The notes under the pieces were generated by a model. The model searched no databases. It had not been told where the DNA came from and was given only the letters and a program-made list of their open reading frames with translations. A DNA stretch of 64,000 nt from Octopus bimaculoides (taxonomy: Eukaryota). The translations under genes and the position numbers were made by a program. Position 1 is the stretch's first letter. The number at the start of each line of letters is the position of its first letter. The stretch spans positions 48,737,124 to 48,801,123 of the forward strand of contig NC_068987.1 of the NCBI RefSeq assembly GCF_001194135.2, written 5' to 3'. Shown piece after piece: positions 51,790 to 63,713 of the stretch.

Positions 51790-53150
51790 GTCAGTCCTTG
51801 TTCATTAATTTTCCTTTTTTTCTTTGATGATTCTTATTTTTTTTGCATGTACATGAGCTGTAAAGTTAAAATGTTTTAATTACAAATATGCTCTGGTTAT
51901 TAATATACACCCATAAGCAAAACACATTATTCTACTAACCTCAGTCTGTGTCTCTCTCACACACACACAGATGGACATCTATTTTCATTTAAATATCTAA
52001 TATTGATGTGATTAGACTATGTAAAAGTAGAATAACATGTGCAAATGCACTTCTGTTTAAAATGGCATTTTATAATCTATCAAAAAGTAAACTCCTTATG
52101 AAAATTCATAAAGCAGTGTATATTATTTATTAGTTAAAACATTTTGCTATTTCAGTCAATGTAAGAAAAACTAACTCTATGGACAGTCTTAGAATTCATG
52201 AAATTTAATGTTTTTATCTAACCTACCTGTCATTGCATAATGTTACCTCCTTCTCTGCTTATACCCCCCACTCACTTGAAGGGGTCTTGTCTTATGCGTT
52301 ATCTGATGACCTCACTAGTACTGGTATTATGAAAGAAGCACCCAGTACACTTTGTAAAGTGGTTGACATTAGGAAAGGAATCTTGCTGTTAAAAAAAAAA
52401 AACTAAGAAGAAATTGGAGCTTGAAACTGTCCTCTGCCTTGTCAGATTCTGTCAAACCTTCCAACCCATGCCAACATGGAAGACAGATGGCATTAATTGA
52501 TGATAATGATGATGATGCCAGGAAAGGCACAACAGCTATAAAATAAGCTGATGCAGTATTTTTGTTAAAATATGTGCATTAAAAGATCCATATGGTCCAT
52601 ATAACAAGTGAATGTAATTTATACATCTACCAAGTTAAAGAAAGGAAAAAGTAAATTGCTGTACTTTGAAATGCATATAGCAGTGAGCTCCTGCTGTTTA
52701 TACTCAGATTACTCCTGACTGAGCAGGCCTAAACTCAAACATGTTACTGTTGTGACCATCTTATATTTTGCATATCTGAAACTACTTTGTCCAGTGTATA
52801 ATTTTTTAAAGATGCCTGTGGACAGAGAGGTTTGGCTATTATTTCTAACAGCTTGGTTAGTGAAATTTTGTTTCCAATTGAGCATATCTATTGTTAAGAG
52901 GGCAGAATTTTTGTTTTAAAATGTACGTTCACAATCCAAGGGAACGTCTAATGGAGTTAAAAATTTTGTTTTAGTTCAAATGTGAGTGCATGTCTGTCTG
53001 GCTCAGATGGAAGAGACAGTAATCTTTTGATGATAGTATAGTTAGATTGTTATGATACTAATTTATTAATTATTTTTCTTTATTACTCTTCTTCTGTTCC
53101 TTGCATTGCTGTTGATATTGATAAAAACATTTACCTCTATTCTCTTCAAG

Positions 53151-53256
53151 GTAAACCTGCATTAGCTCATCGAGACATAAAAAGTAAGAATATTTTGGTG
53201 AAGAAAAACCTAACATGTTGTATAGCAGATCTTGGACTTTGTGTCAAATATATTAG
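53151..53256 (+). CDS. BMPR1: BMP type I receptor, kinase exon 3 (HRD catalytic loop, DLG)
   Basis: ttcaAG acceptor, GTacag donor; 106 nt, phase 1 to 2. Encodes (G)[34 protein letters not shown]. Below the 60-aa threshold, so absent from the ORF track. Confidence 0.96.
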
Positions 53257-53989
53257 GTACAGTAATTATTTCATTCCTTACACATATGCGCGTGCACACA
53301 TACATGCACACACACACAAACACACACACCTGTATTTCTTTTCCCCTGTTACTTGCATTTCCTAAGTTTTAGTGTGTCATGTTATTTTTGAACTTTCATG
53401 TTGCATCCTCATCATTGCCATGGTCACTGTATTATGTTCACTACCCATGCTGGCATGGACTGGATGGATTATTTTTTTCCTCTCTTAGATGAGTCAGAGG
53501 ACTAGGTCTCATTCCTAAGTTTAATTTTTGGCTCAGTTTCTATGGCTGGACATCAAGGCATCATCATTAGAAAGGTTGATGTATTTTCAACAAGATCAAA
53601 GGTTCCTTGCAGCCTTACATGTAACTGCACTGGGTGCCTTTTATTGTGGCACCAGTACTAAAGAAGAACAAAGTTGAGAGAGTTCTGAGTGATTACTGTT
53701 GAGCTGAGAGTGAAGAAATGTTTGAGATAAAACATAACATCTGCAATAAAATAGATGCTAACATCGTTGATGTAGTAGGAAAGTTTCAAAGTTATACCTG
53801 TGGTGATGAAAATAATCATTTTGCCAGTTTCACATGACTTCTGAAATATTTTATCTGAATTGTGAAATATCTAAGCTGCAAATCTTGAATATTCACAGGA
53901 ATTGTAGTAATTCATATTCTTTACATTAAAGTTTGACTAGCCAGATATTAAACAAATTTTTTTTTACCTGGAATGTATGTTGAATTTTT

Positions 53990-54490
53990 TAGAGAAGAAC
54001 CCCCAAACTTCTAATTTCTCTGAATTTCTCCAGAGCAGCATAAAAAGGTTCATGGTGTTTGTTTACACTAACCTTGAAATTTCAAAAAATGCTAATGCAT
54101 TCACTGAACAATGTGGCCAGAATTCCCATTTACCTTGTGTGAAATTTTCCAGACAAATATTTTCTTCCAAATAGCTTAGATCTGAAAAGAACCGTCCCAG
54201 CATCGTTATCTGATCGAAAACGAACCATTTCAACATACCACGACCGGTATATAATGATTTTTTCTGGGCATTCTAAAACTAATTTGAAAACCTGTTGGTT
54301 TAACTTTAAAGAGAATGGCCTTGTTAATGGACAGAATGTAGTTAAGGGAGGGGAGGCAACTGCGGTTTATCTGATCACATTCTTATACAATTTCTTTTAC
54401 TATTTTGACCTTCCGAAGATAATACATTACTAGTAATTGATTCAGTTTATTGTCATTGCAAAAAGGAACTTTGAGTCCTGTATCTAGTTT
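53990..54490 (-). mobile_element. Possible MULE transposase remnant
   Basis: Short minus-strand peptides GLKVPFCNDNKLNQLL, YLEENICLENF..KWEFW and FKVSVNKHHEPFYAALEKF loosely follow the MULE C-terminal pattern; highly degenerate. Confidence 0.3.
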
Positions 54491-54772
54491 ACAAAGAACA
54501 AACAAAAGAAAACATTGACTTTTTTTTTACTTACGAAATTAACTGTGTACATATATTACAAAAGTTAAATTCTTTCTTGTGAAATGTTTATTGAGGTGAA
54601 AGGGTGAAGCAGTTAGAATATTGGTCCACCAGAATATTGTCATTATGTTTGTACCATTGTTCAGTGGCTAACGATAATACTAATCCAACTTGATGTATTT
54701 TTGACACAATCGTTTTGTGCTATGATGGTGACAGTTATAATTGATTATTTTTATATTGAATTAGAGTGTCAG

Positions 54773-54900
54773 TCTATAATAATAAAAGTGAAATTCTGTC
54801 TGTCCATCTGGGACCCCCGTATCTCAGTCTACAGTTGCTCTACATACACATATTATACCTTTCTGGAATCAAGATGATCCCAGGATTGAAAATCTGCACT
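54773..54900 (+). mobile_element. Helitron-like 5' end
   Basis: TCTATAATAATAAAAGTGAAATTCTGTCTGTC, a start typical of non-autonomous Helitrons; no 3' hairpin/CTAG end identified. Confidence 0.45.
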
Positions 54901-55343
54901 TCATTTGGTTATTGAACAGCCAACATTGGGATTGCTATTTCTAGCAGGTAAAGCTTGACTGATTCACACCATCTTAGTTGGCATTCGTCAGATGATGTCA
55001 GAGATAAATGACAATTGCTTCTTTAATTTTACATCAAGATAAGAACTTTGGGATAAATTGGCCAACAGTTAGAATTCAAATTGGGACTAGAACAATAGAA
55101 TGATTGCATTACAGAATTAGTTCTCATTCGTCCTTAACCTCTGATCAAACACCACTGGGGCATATAATCATTATAGATGTATTATAGTCATGCTATTTAG
55201 CTCTGGGCTGAGGCCCAGTTAGCCCTCTGCAGGACCTAGCCTAAAAGTCCTCATGGATAAAGATAACATCATGTGTGGAACAAAATATATGAATGTATAT
55301 CCCATATAACATCATTTAACCTCTGATTTTTATTGTCTGGGTA

Positions 55344-55881
55344 CTTCTGAGAGTTGAGGAAGAGTCTATGTCTATCTACCGACTCCTTCCTAAAATAATA
55401 AAAAACAAACAAAACAAGACAAAAACCAAACAAACACTTTAACCATACATTTATGTTCTTTTATACATTTCACCCCAGGGCTGTGGCTATGCTGGGACAC
55501 TGCTTATACTTATTGATTTTTTTAGGCACAGTCTACCCATCTAAAACGATTCCATGGTTTAATAGACACTACCTTACTGTGGTGGTAACAAGCCAAGATA
55601 ATTAAAATTATAGCTTTAGTAAATAATTATTAGTGATAGAAGCGGTATTAATACCAAAAGTTAATATTTGTCCCTACTTAAAAAAAGTGGATGTGTTAGA
55701 ACACAAAATACTGGGATAGTTACCATAAGAGAATTTCTCACATGGAATTTTGGTGCATATAAGCACTCTTGTTTACATTGCTAGCAGAAGATAAATCACT
55801 TGCCATCACCACCACCAAGACTACTAGATCACGTGATTTTGGCCTTCTGAGAGTTGAGGAAGAGTCTATGTCTATCTACCG
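55344..55881. repeat. Identical 38-bp direct repeats 500 bp apart
   Basis: CTTCTGAGAGTTGAGGAAGAGTCTATGTCTATCTACCG at 55344-55381 and 55844-55881. Confidence 0.92.
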
Positions 55882-56339
55882 CTGGAGATAGTAGTGAGAA
55901 GTACATTAATTATGTAACTGAGAGGTCGGCAAAGTGGTTAATATTGATCCCTGTGGGCCTATGAGGCTATTTTAGAGGTTCATAAACACCTGAAAAATCT
56001 CTTTAAATATCTATTAAAAAGCAGTAGTGACACAAAACAACAAAAGAAATTATCATTTATAAATCAAGAAATATTTTATTTATATTTTTAAATTTCATTT
56101 TAGAAATTCACATGATGGCTGTTAAACTATTAACGATTCCATGAAGGGGTCAATGGTATAAGTAATTTGCCACTCCTGATCTAAATGAACAGATTTGGAA
56201 TTAAAATAAAAAATGGGAGATAACTCCGTGATTATTTCTTAGATATAGTTTGAGTTTTGGCATTCTGACAACTCTGGACAACATGCTTCAGCTCATATTA
56301 GGCCTCAATGAAACATAGTTTGGTTGATTGCTGAAACCG

Positions 56340-57400
56340 TCATCATCATCATCATCATTATTTAACGCGCGCTTTCCATGCTGGCATGGGTTGGACGGTT
56401 TGACAGGAGCTGGCTAGGCAGAAGACTGCACCAAGTTCACTGTCTGTTTTGGCATGGTTTTTACAGTTGGATGCCCTTCCAAATGCTAACCACTCTACAG
56501 TGTGGTTTGGATGCTTTTTGCATGGCACCAGCACTGGCAGGGTCACCAAGTAACTTGCAAGACAAAGATCCTTTGAGAGGGGAGGGGGTCATTGGAGGAG
56601 GGGATTTTGTGCCAGATGATGAAAGGTTAGAGTGTGACAAAGAAACAGAAACAGGCGTCTTGCTGTACATGGTTACTTGGTCAGAGAGAGAGATAGAAAG
56701 AAATAGAGAGAGAGTAGAAGAGTGCAAGAGATAGATGGCAGCAAAGTACCAGGGCATAGTCATAAAGAACAGGGATCAGAATATAAATGAGATAGTGGAG
56801 CAAGAGAGACATAGCTGATGGCAAATGCCCAGGCATACCCTCAAGGTACGGGGATCATAATATAAATGGAGTGTGAGTAGGGAGTAGAGATTTCACCTGG
56901 ATGCACTGAGTGTGAGGGTGGGGAAACCTGGGTATATACAAGGGGTAGGGGACTACAAAATAGCAATGATACAGTGACAAGGGCAGTAAGCAGGATTGGG
57001 GAGCAAGAGATAAGCATAGTGTATGAAAAGAGGAAATGTGAGGAAGGGAAGAGATTTAGTTTAGTTTGTTGGGGTAGGGTGTCTGAAAAGTTTTCTTGTC
57101 ACGTGTGGGTGGAACACACAGCACTTCTAGGACTCAGTTTCACTGAAGTGGGTGGGTCTTCTCAAGAACCTCATATCACCAGACATGTCAGTTCGTTGTT
57201 ATCTCCTTCATGAGGCCCAGCATCCAGAGATCAGTCCTCACCACTTCATTCCATATCTTCCTGGGTCTCCCTCTTTCACAGGTACCATCCACTTTCAGTG
57301 ATCAGCACTTCTTTATACAGCTATTTTCATTCATATGCATCACATGTCCAAACCATCATGGTCTTCTCTCTTGCATGCTGCATTGTGCATCTTCTAGACA
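56340..57400 (-). mobile_element. RTE LINE 3' end with long UTR
   Basis: Minus strand reads MQERRP*WFGHVMHMNENSCIKKC...GRPRKIWNEVVRTDL (about 57170-57400); (cat)n tail and family terminus at 56340-56560. Confidence 0.8.
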
Positions 57401-57793
57401 TTGCTTTTTGCTTATGTGAGGGTGTACCTTTGATGCAAGTCTGATGAAGTGCCACTCTAACATCTAAAACTACAAACATTATGTAAATTTTCACTTCGAA
57501 ATTTTGTATAAATTGGCATTGCAGGCACAGTTGGTACAGAAACAATTGTAACAAATCATTAAAGATGTGTTAAAGGATTTCTTTGTCTTATTATTTGTAT
57601 TATAATTTACTCTTCACCACACCCATACAACAGTTTTACCATCATGAAATAGGGATTTTCTGCACTTGAACTTCAATATTAGTCTTGAATCTAATAGTGT
57701 TGATAGCAGCCCAGAACTCAGGTTGAGTGCTTCTCTGGAAACACCCTATCTTTATATCCTACAAGGACCCATGATAGCTATTTAAGTAAATGT

Positions 57794-58227
57794 AGGGATA
57801 AGCAAGTTAGACAGATCAATATATAAAGTATATTAAATTATAATAAAGGGTAAAAATCATTAATGATTTTACCAAGGGGTCAGCACGGAAATAAAAACTT
57901 TATAGGTAAATTTTACAAATATTTTAATAATTATACCAAGGCATTGGCTATAAACTTCACGCGATAGAAAAATAGATACCTAAAGCGCATGGAGAGGCTT
58001 ATAGCCAATCCCTTGTTATAATTATGTATATACTTATTAAAATATTTGTAAAGTATATTAAATACATGAAATACAAAGAATGTATATGTGTATGCATATA
58101 ATAAGGTCTGACGTACACAGAATACAAATGATATAGAGAATTAAAGGGGTTGAGGAACAGTATTACAAATCTTTTATATAGTGTTACAAATCCTTTATAT
58201 ATTGATCTGCCTAAGTTGCTTATCCCT
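57794..58227. mobile_element. Foldback/MITE-like hairpin element
   Basis: AGGGATAAGCAAGTTAGACAGATCAATATATAAAG (57794) pairs with CTTTATATATTGATCTGCCTAAGTTGCTTATCCCT (to 58227); an inner inverted pair lies at about 57912-57960 and 57990-58050. Confidence 0.7.
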
Positions 58228-58337
58228 TTGTTAACTTCTATACCTGTTCAAGTTTAAATCTCTTGAGCACTATTAAGTGTATTCTATACAGAGAACATTT
58301 GGATCTATGAACTATATATATATATATATATATATAA

Positions 58338-58500
58338 GGTGTAGGAGTGGCTGTGTGGTAAGTAGCTTTCTTACCAACCACATGGTTCCGGGTTCAATCC
58401 CACTGCATGGCACCTTGGGCAAGTGTCTTCTACTATAGCCTCAGGCCAACCAAAGCCTTGTGAGTGGATTTAGTAGACGGAAACTGAAAGAAGCCCGTCG
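58338..58500 (+). mobile_element. tRNA-derived SINE, family A (best-preserved copy)
   Basis: A-box GTGGCTGTGTGGT, B-box GGTTCAATCCC, 3' gaaactgaaagaagcccgtcg plus (TA)n. Other copies lie near 2205-2362, 6753-6912(-), 8295-8445, 20690-20830(-), 32655-32810, 33730-33880(-), 35190-35350, 38640-38800, 42825-42980 and 43770-43900. Confidence 0.85.
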
Positions 58501-58534
<34 letters not shown>

Positions 58535-59397
58535 NNNNNNNNNNNNNNNNNNNNNNNNNNNNNNNNNNNNNNNNNNNNNNNNNNNNNNNNNNNNNNNNNN
58601 NNNNNNNNNNNNNNNNNNNNNNNNNNNNNNNNNNNNNNNNNNNNNNNNNNNNNNNNNNNNNNNNNNNNNNNNNNNNNNNNNNNNNNNNNNNNNNNNNNNN
58701 NNNNNNNNNNNNNNNNNNNNNNNNNNNNNNNNNNNNNNNNNNNNNNNNNNNNNNNNNNNNNNNNNNNNNNNNNNNNNNNNNNNNNNNNNNNNNNNNNNNN
58801 NNNNNNNNNNNNNNNNNNNNNNNNNNNNNNNNNNNNNNNNNNNNNNNNNNNNNNNNNNNNNNNNNNNNNNNNNNNNNNNNNNNNNNNNNNNNNNNNNNNN
58901 NNNNNNNNNNNNNNNNNNNNNNNNNNNNNNNNNNNNNNNNNNNNNNNNNNNNNNNNNNNNNNNNNNNNNNNNNNNNNNNNNNNNNNNNNNNNNNNNNNNN
59001 NNNNNNNNNNNNNNNNNNNNNNNNNNNNNNNNNNNNNNNNNNNNNNNNNNNNNNNNNNNNNNNNNNNNNNNNNNNNNNNNNNNNNNNNNNNNNNNNNNNN
59101 NNNNNNNNNNNNNNNNNNNNNNNNNNNNNNNNNNNNNNNNNNNNNNNNNNNNNNNNNNNNNNNNNNNNNNNNNNNNNNNNNNNNNNNNNNNNNNNNNNNN
59201 NNNNNNNNNNNNNNNNNNNNNNNNNNNNNNNNNNNNNNNNNNNNNNNNNNNNNNNNNNNNNNNNNNNNNNNNNNNNNNNNNNNNNNNNNNNNNNNNNNNN
59301 NNNNNNNNNNNNNNNNNNNNNNNNNNNNNNNNNNNNNNNNNNNNNNNNNNNNNNNNNNNNNNNNNNNNNNNNNNNNNNNNNNNNNNNNNNNNNNNNN

Positions 59398-59449
<52 letters not shown>

Positions 59450-59749
59450 CTCTTTCTCCAGCACAGACAAATATCTAAAATTCAGTGGTGGTGGGGTGGG
59501 GGCAAAAAAAAAACATCGCGTTTTTTTCCTGCTCATGTCACCATTTGTGTACTTTTGTACATTAAGTCAATTTGCATATATATTTTAGCAAATTTGTCAA
59601 CTTCACAGATTTAGTCAAGCAGAGTTATCTATCCTAGCAAAAAATCACAAAGCAGACAATCATGTTTACTCAAATATTTATTTCCCTGTGTATGTTATAG
59701 GGGTATATATATCTTTATGTATATATGTCTTCTCCCTTTTCTATTGCAG

Positions 59750-59925
59750 TGAAACTAATGAAGTGGATATTGCACCTAATTCTCGACAGGGCACCAAATT
59801 GTATATGAGCCCAGAAATATTGGATGATACTATAAATAGGAAACATTTTGAATCATTCAAACAGGCAGATGTGTATGCTCTTGGTTTAGTTCTATGGGAA
59901 ATTGCACGTCGGTGTGTTCATAAAG
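59750..59925 (+). CDS. BMPR1: BMP type I receptor, kinase exon 4 (activation segment, subdomain IX)
   Basis: tgcAG acceptor, GTactg donor; 176 nt, phase 2 to 1. Encodes (S)[58 protein letters not shown]. The remaining 3' exons are not seen before 64000. Confidence 0.96.
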
Positions 59926-60214
59926 GTACTGCTTATGCACCTGTTTTTTTTTTTTCTATATTTTCTTTTTTCAGTTATATTGTAAATATATTTATTTCTA
60001 TCGTTGGTAGATCACAGTTTCATTATGTATAGAAATTTTTTTTCCAATTGAAAGCAATATGTGAATATTTAACTGATATATATATACATCGATGACAGGC
60101 TTCTGCACAGTTTCCATCTAAGGCATTGGCAGAGAATATTCAGGGTGCCACACAGTGAGGTTGAACTTAGTACCACATGGTTGTGAAGTGTCAAAAAGGC
60201 CAAAGGTGTCACCT

Positions 60215-60550
60215 GTCTACTAGCTATTTATCTAAAGCTGTATATGTGTATGGTGCATCAACATTTAGAGCTTACAACTCCAGTCGGGAAGCCCCATATT
60301 ATCCACAATATTGATATGTTGGAAGCTGTCCAGAGACTTGCATCCAATGAATACTCTCCATCAGTCACCATATTTTGAATGTCTTACTTTTTTGGGTATT
60401 GACTCAAAAGTTTTGATGCATAGCAGCTAACTTGGTAGAATCCCACAAGATTATTCACCATTGTCCCACCAACAAATTTTGGCCCCTCCTTTTTCAGTTC
60501 AATATCTCTTCTACTTGTGGACACAGTTCAAAAGCAGCTTAGTACCCTTG
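60215..60550 (+). mobile_element. Degenerate CR1/L2 LINE remnant
   Basis: LYMCMVHQHLE...IDMLEAVQRLA resembles the consensus LYKSLVRPHLEY...DIDKLERVQRRA. Confidence 0.5.
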
Positions 60551-60687
60551 ACATTTATAACATAGAGTTTATAAAGGAACACTAATTTTTATGGCTCTGT
60601 ATAAACTTACAACCATCTAAAAAATTTCTTATTTATCATGGAATTTCCACTGGTACTACTACTATTTACCAATTTTTATTATTAAGC

Positions 60688-60900
60688 AAGGCGGTGAACT
60701 GGCAGAACCGTCAGCATGCTTGTCAAAATACTTAGCGGTATTTTGTCTATCACTATGTTCTGAGTCTAAATCTGCCAAGGTTGACTTTGCCTTTCATCCT
60801 TTCAGTGGATTAATAAATTAAGTACCAGTGAAACACCAGGGTCGATGTATTTGACTGCTCCCCTCCCCACAAATTTCAGGCCTTGTGCCCTTAGTAGAAA
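60688..60900 (+). mobile_element. SINE family B with a conserved central domain (Meta/Nin-type)
   Basis: Core GGTTGACTTTGCCTTTCATCCTTT...GATAAAATAAGTACCAG and a (TAT)n tail; many copies across the window. Domain name is from recall. Confidence 0.75.
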
Positions 60901-61821
60901 TTACTATTATTATCCTGATAACCATACATGATTCTTAAAAGAATATTTGAAATAATGTGTTAATAAGCATGGCATTGAATTTGCAACCTGTTTTCTTATT
61001 GAGCCACAGACAGCGTTTTCATTCATTTTGATTCCATCTGACTACAGAAATTTAATTTTAAAATGCTTGAACTTAACATCCATTTCATAAAGGACATAAC
61101 TCTGCTTTCTTAGTCTAGTATTTCCATTCATGGTGAAGTAGTTCTTAGTAGAAAGGGCATCCATATTGGAAAAGAGTTGCTCCAGCAGCGTGTTATCTCG
61201 ATTTGTAAAGAAAACCATTCCACTGGTACTGAAGTGGTTAATATAGGCAAATAAACAAACGAAAAGAGACGTTTTGTTTAGTATTTAACAGTTGAACTGG
61301 GGGTTTTTCTGTCTTTTTTTTTTTTTTTTTTTTTTTTTTTTGTGAAACCGGTCACATTTAACTCACTACTAATAAAGTAGCCCATCTTCTACTTTACTAG
61401 TAATTGGTATACAGCAGAAGATGAGTGATTCGATTTCCAATCTTGAATGAACAGTCTGGACAATTATTATTATTTATTTATTTATTTTTTTTTACCATTA
61501 AACATTTATTCATCCTGTTTGTTTAAAGAATTTTATGTCGTGTGTGTCTGCATGCATGCATGTGTGTGTGTAATGTTTAAGACCATTATACAAACAAAAG
61601 AAGAACTGGGTCATATCAAAACAAGCTTGTTGGCTGTCCATTGCAGTGAAACACTTATAGACAGAAGCTTCCTTTGTTTTCTGATCAGCTTTAAGAATAC
61701 TGTTTGTTACTAATCTTAAGCAATTGATTCATTGTTTGTGTATAAAACATTAGTGTAGTCTTACAGTGAAACAATACTACCAGTGTATTATTAGCAGTTA
61801 AGTGTAAACTTCTTAATAATG

Positions 61822-62045
61822 AAGGCCTGTGGATTAGTGGTTAGAGGTATTCAGCTCAGGATTGTAAGGTTGTGAGTTCGATTTCTGGTGGCACGTTGTG
61901 TCCTTCAGTAAGATACTTCATTTCATGTTGCTCCAGTCCACTCAGCTGGCAAAATTGAGTTGTACTTGTAATTCAAAGAGCCAGCCTTGTCACATTGTGA
62001 CCTGCTGAATCTCCCTGAAAACTACATTTAGGGTATGCATGTCTG
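61822..62045 (+). mobile_element. tRNA-derived SINE, family C
   Basis: A-box TAGTGGTTAG, B-box GAGTTCGATT, followed by a gtgtcctt...gctccagtccactcagctg core; related fragments at about 6330-6420 and 18065-18265. Confidence 0.6.
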
Positions 62046-62049
62046 TGGG

Positions 62050-62688
62050 GTGCTCAGCAATGCTACATAGTGAGACGTGGGCCCTGAATGCAGAGGACAT
62101 GAAAGCAAGAGAAGAATCAAGCTTGTATGCTCTGCTGGATGTGCAATGTAAGTGTACATGTTTGACAGAGTGCTAGTGTATTGAGAGAGAAGTTAGGCAT
62201 AAGAGGAATTAGATGCAGTATGTGTGAGAGAAGACCATGCTGGTTTGGTCATGTAATGCAGATGGATACTGATCTCTCAAAGTGGATGTAACCCATGGAA
62301 GAGGGAGACCCAGGAAGACATGAGGCAAGGCACTGAAGGATGACCTCTGGATGCTGAACCTTTCAGATGAAATAACAAAGGATTAAATGCCTGGTGCCTT
62401 GGTGTATTCAAAAAGACCTGTATTCCACAGCTGTAGTGTTAAGACCATTCCCCCTCCCTGGAGAAGAGGATTGGCTTGCAAGAGCCCTGTGCTACATAAA
62501 TAGCATTTATGTCAGTGCCACAAAAAGAAGCGTTTGTGCTGGTGCCATGTTAAAAGCATCTAGCACACACTGTAAAGTGGTTGGCGTTAAGAACGGCATC
62601 AAGCTGTAGAAACCAAGCCAAATCAGACTGGAACCTGGTGCAGCTCTCCACCTTGCCAGCTCCGGTTAAACTGTCCAACCCATGCTAT
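62050..62688 (+). mobile_element. RTE LINE 3' end
   Basis: MLHSETWALNAEDM...ERRPCWFGHVMQMD...GRPRKT, followed by the family UTR. Confidence 0.8.
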
Positions 62689-62712
62689 TTTATATATATA
62701 TATATATATATA

Positions 62713-63383
62713 TGATGGAGAGTGAAAAATTATATTGTTTTTTCAATGTATTTACACAAAAGCTGGGGATAAGCAAGTATTTAATTTTTCTGTATAGTCT
62801 CCTTCCTTTATGATGCACTTGGTCCAGCGGTCCACAAGCTTGCATATCTCCTTCAAGAAGAAAGTTTATGGTTGGTTGTGCAGCCATTTATGCACCACTT
62901 CCTTCATATCGTGACCTTGTAAACCATCTTTGAGTGGTCCAAAGGTATGATAGTCAGAAGGAGTAAGATCTGGGCTATAGGCAGAGTGTTCCAGCACCTC
63001 AAAACCCATTTGGTTAATAGTTTCAACAGTCTGGGTGGCTGTGTGTGGGTGTGCATTGTCATGCAACAGCAAAACTTTCTTCGACAATAGGCTTCAGTGT
63101 TTGGTGTAAATTGTTGGCTTCAGTTTGTCAGCCAGCAAAGCACTGTATCTTGCACTGTTGATTTGGTACTCCTTTTCCAGAGAAATTGGATCACTGCTCT
63201 TTGTTCTTCTTTGGTGCACATTGCTAGTGGAGCAGCCAGAAAGAAAAATGGCACGATCGGGATCAAACTTCTCTCAAGTGTCCACAATAGTACCAACTAT
63301 AAGCACAAATGCGCAGAGAGAAGTGTGATAATAATAAAGATATGTTATGGCAAAAGTGTGGATTAATTTCTGATTTCTCCTCG
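62713..63383 (-). mobile_element. Internally deleted mariner (DD34D, irritans/Hsmar2-like) with both ends
   Basis: Minus strand: N-terminal CTKEEQRAVIQFLW joined to VLLLHDNAHPHTA...HSAYSPDLTPSDYHTFGPLK...RWTKCIIKEGDYTEK. Degenerate TIRs with TA at both ends; about 670 bp. Confidence 0.85.
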
Positions 63384-63664
63384 TATATCTAGCGAGAGAG
63401 AGGAGGAAGAGTGGACATAGAAAATTTGTTTCAACAAATTCCACTTGAGTTATGCAAGCATGCAAAAGTAGACATTAGATGATGATAATGAACCTACAAC
63501 ACTTATAATGCAAATCATAACTTACTTGCATGCTTTGTCTTCAGAATGATCACTCAGAAGAGCTCTCTCATCCCAGTCATTTGCTGCTTCAATCCATATA
63601 TCTCTGTCATTAGTTTTCACTTACACCTTATACACGTTTACTTCCTCTACATAAAATATATTTC

Positions 63665-63695
<31 letters not shown>

Positions 63696-63713
63696 GGATA
63701 TATATATATATAT

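Noticed and set aside
58338-58410. tRNA-like A/B boxes as a tRNA gene (also 61822-61890)
   Set aside because: No complete cloverleaf; the sequence continues into a SINE body and tail present in many decayed copies.
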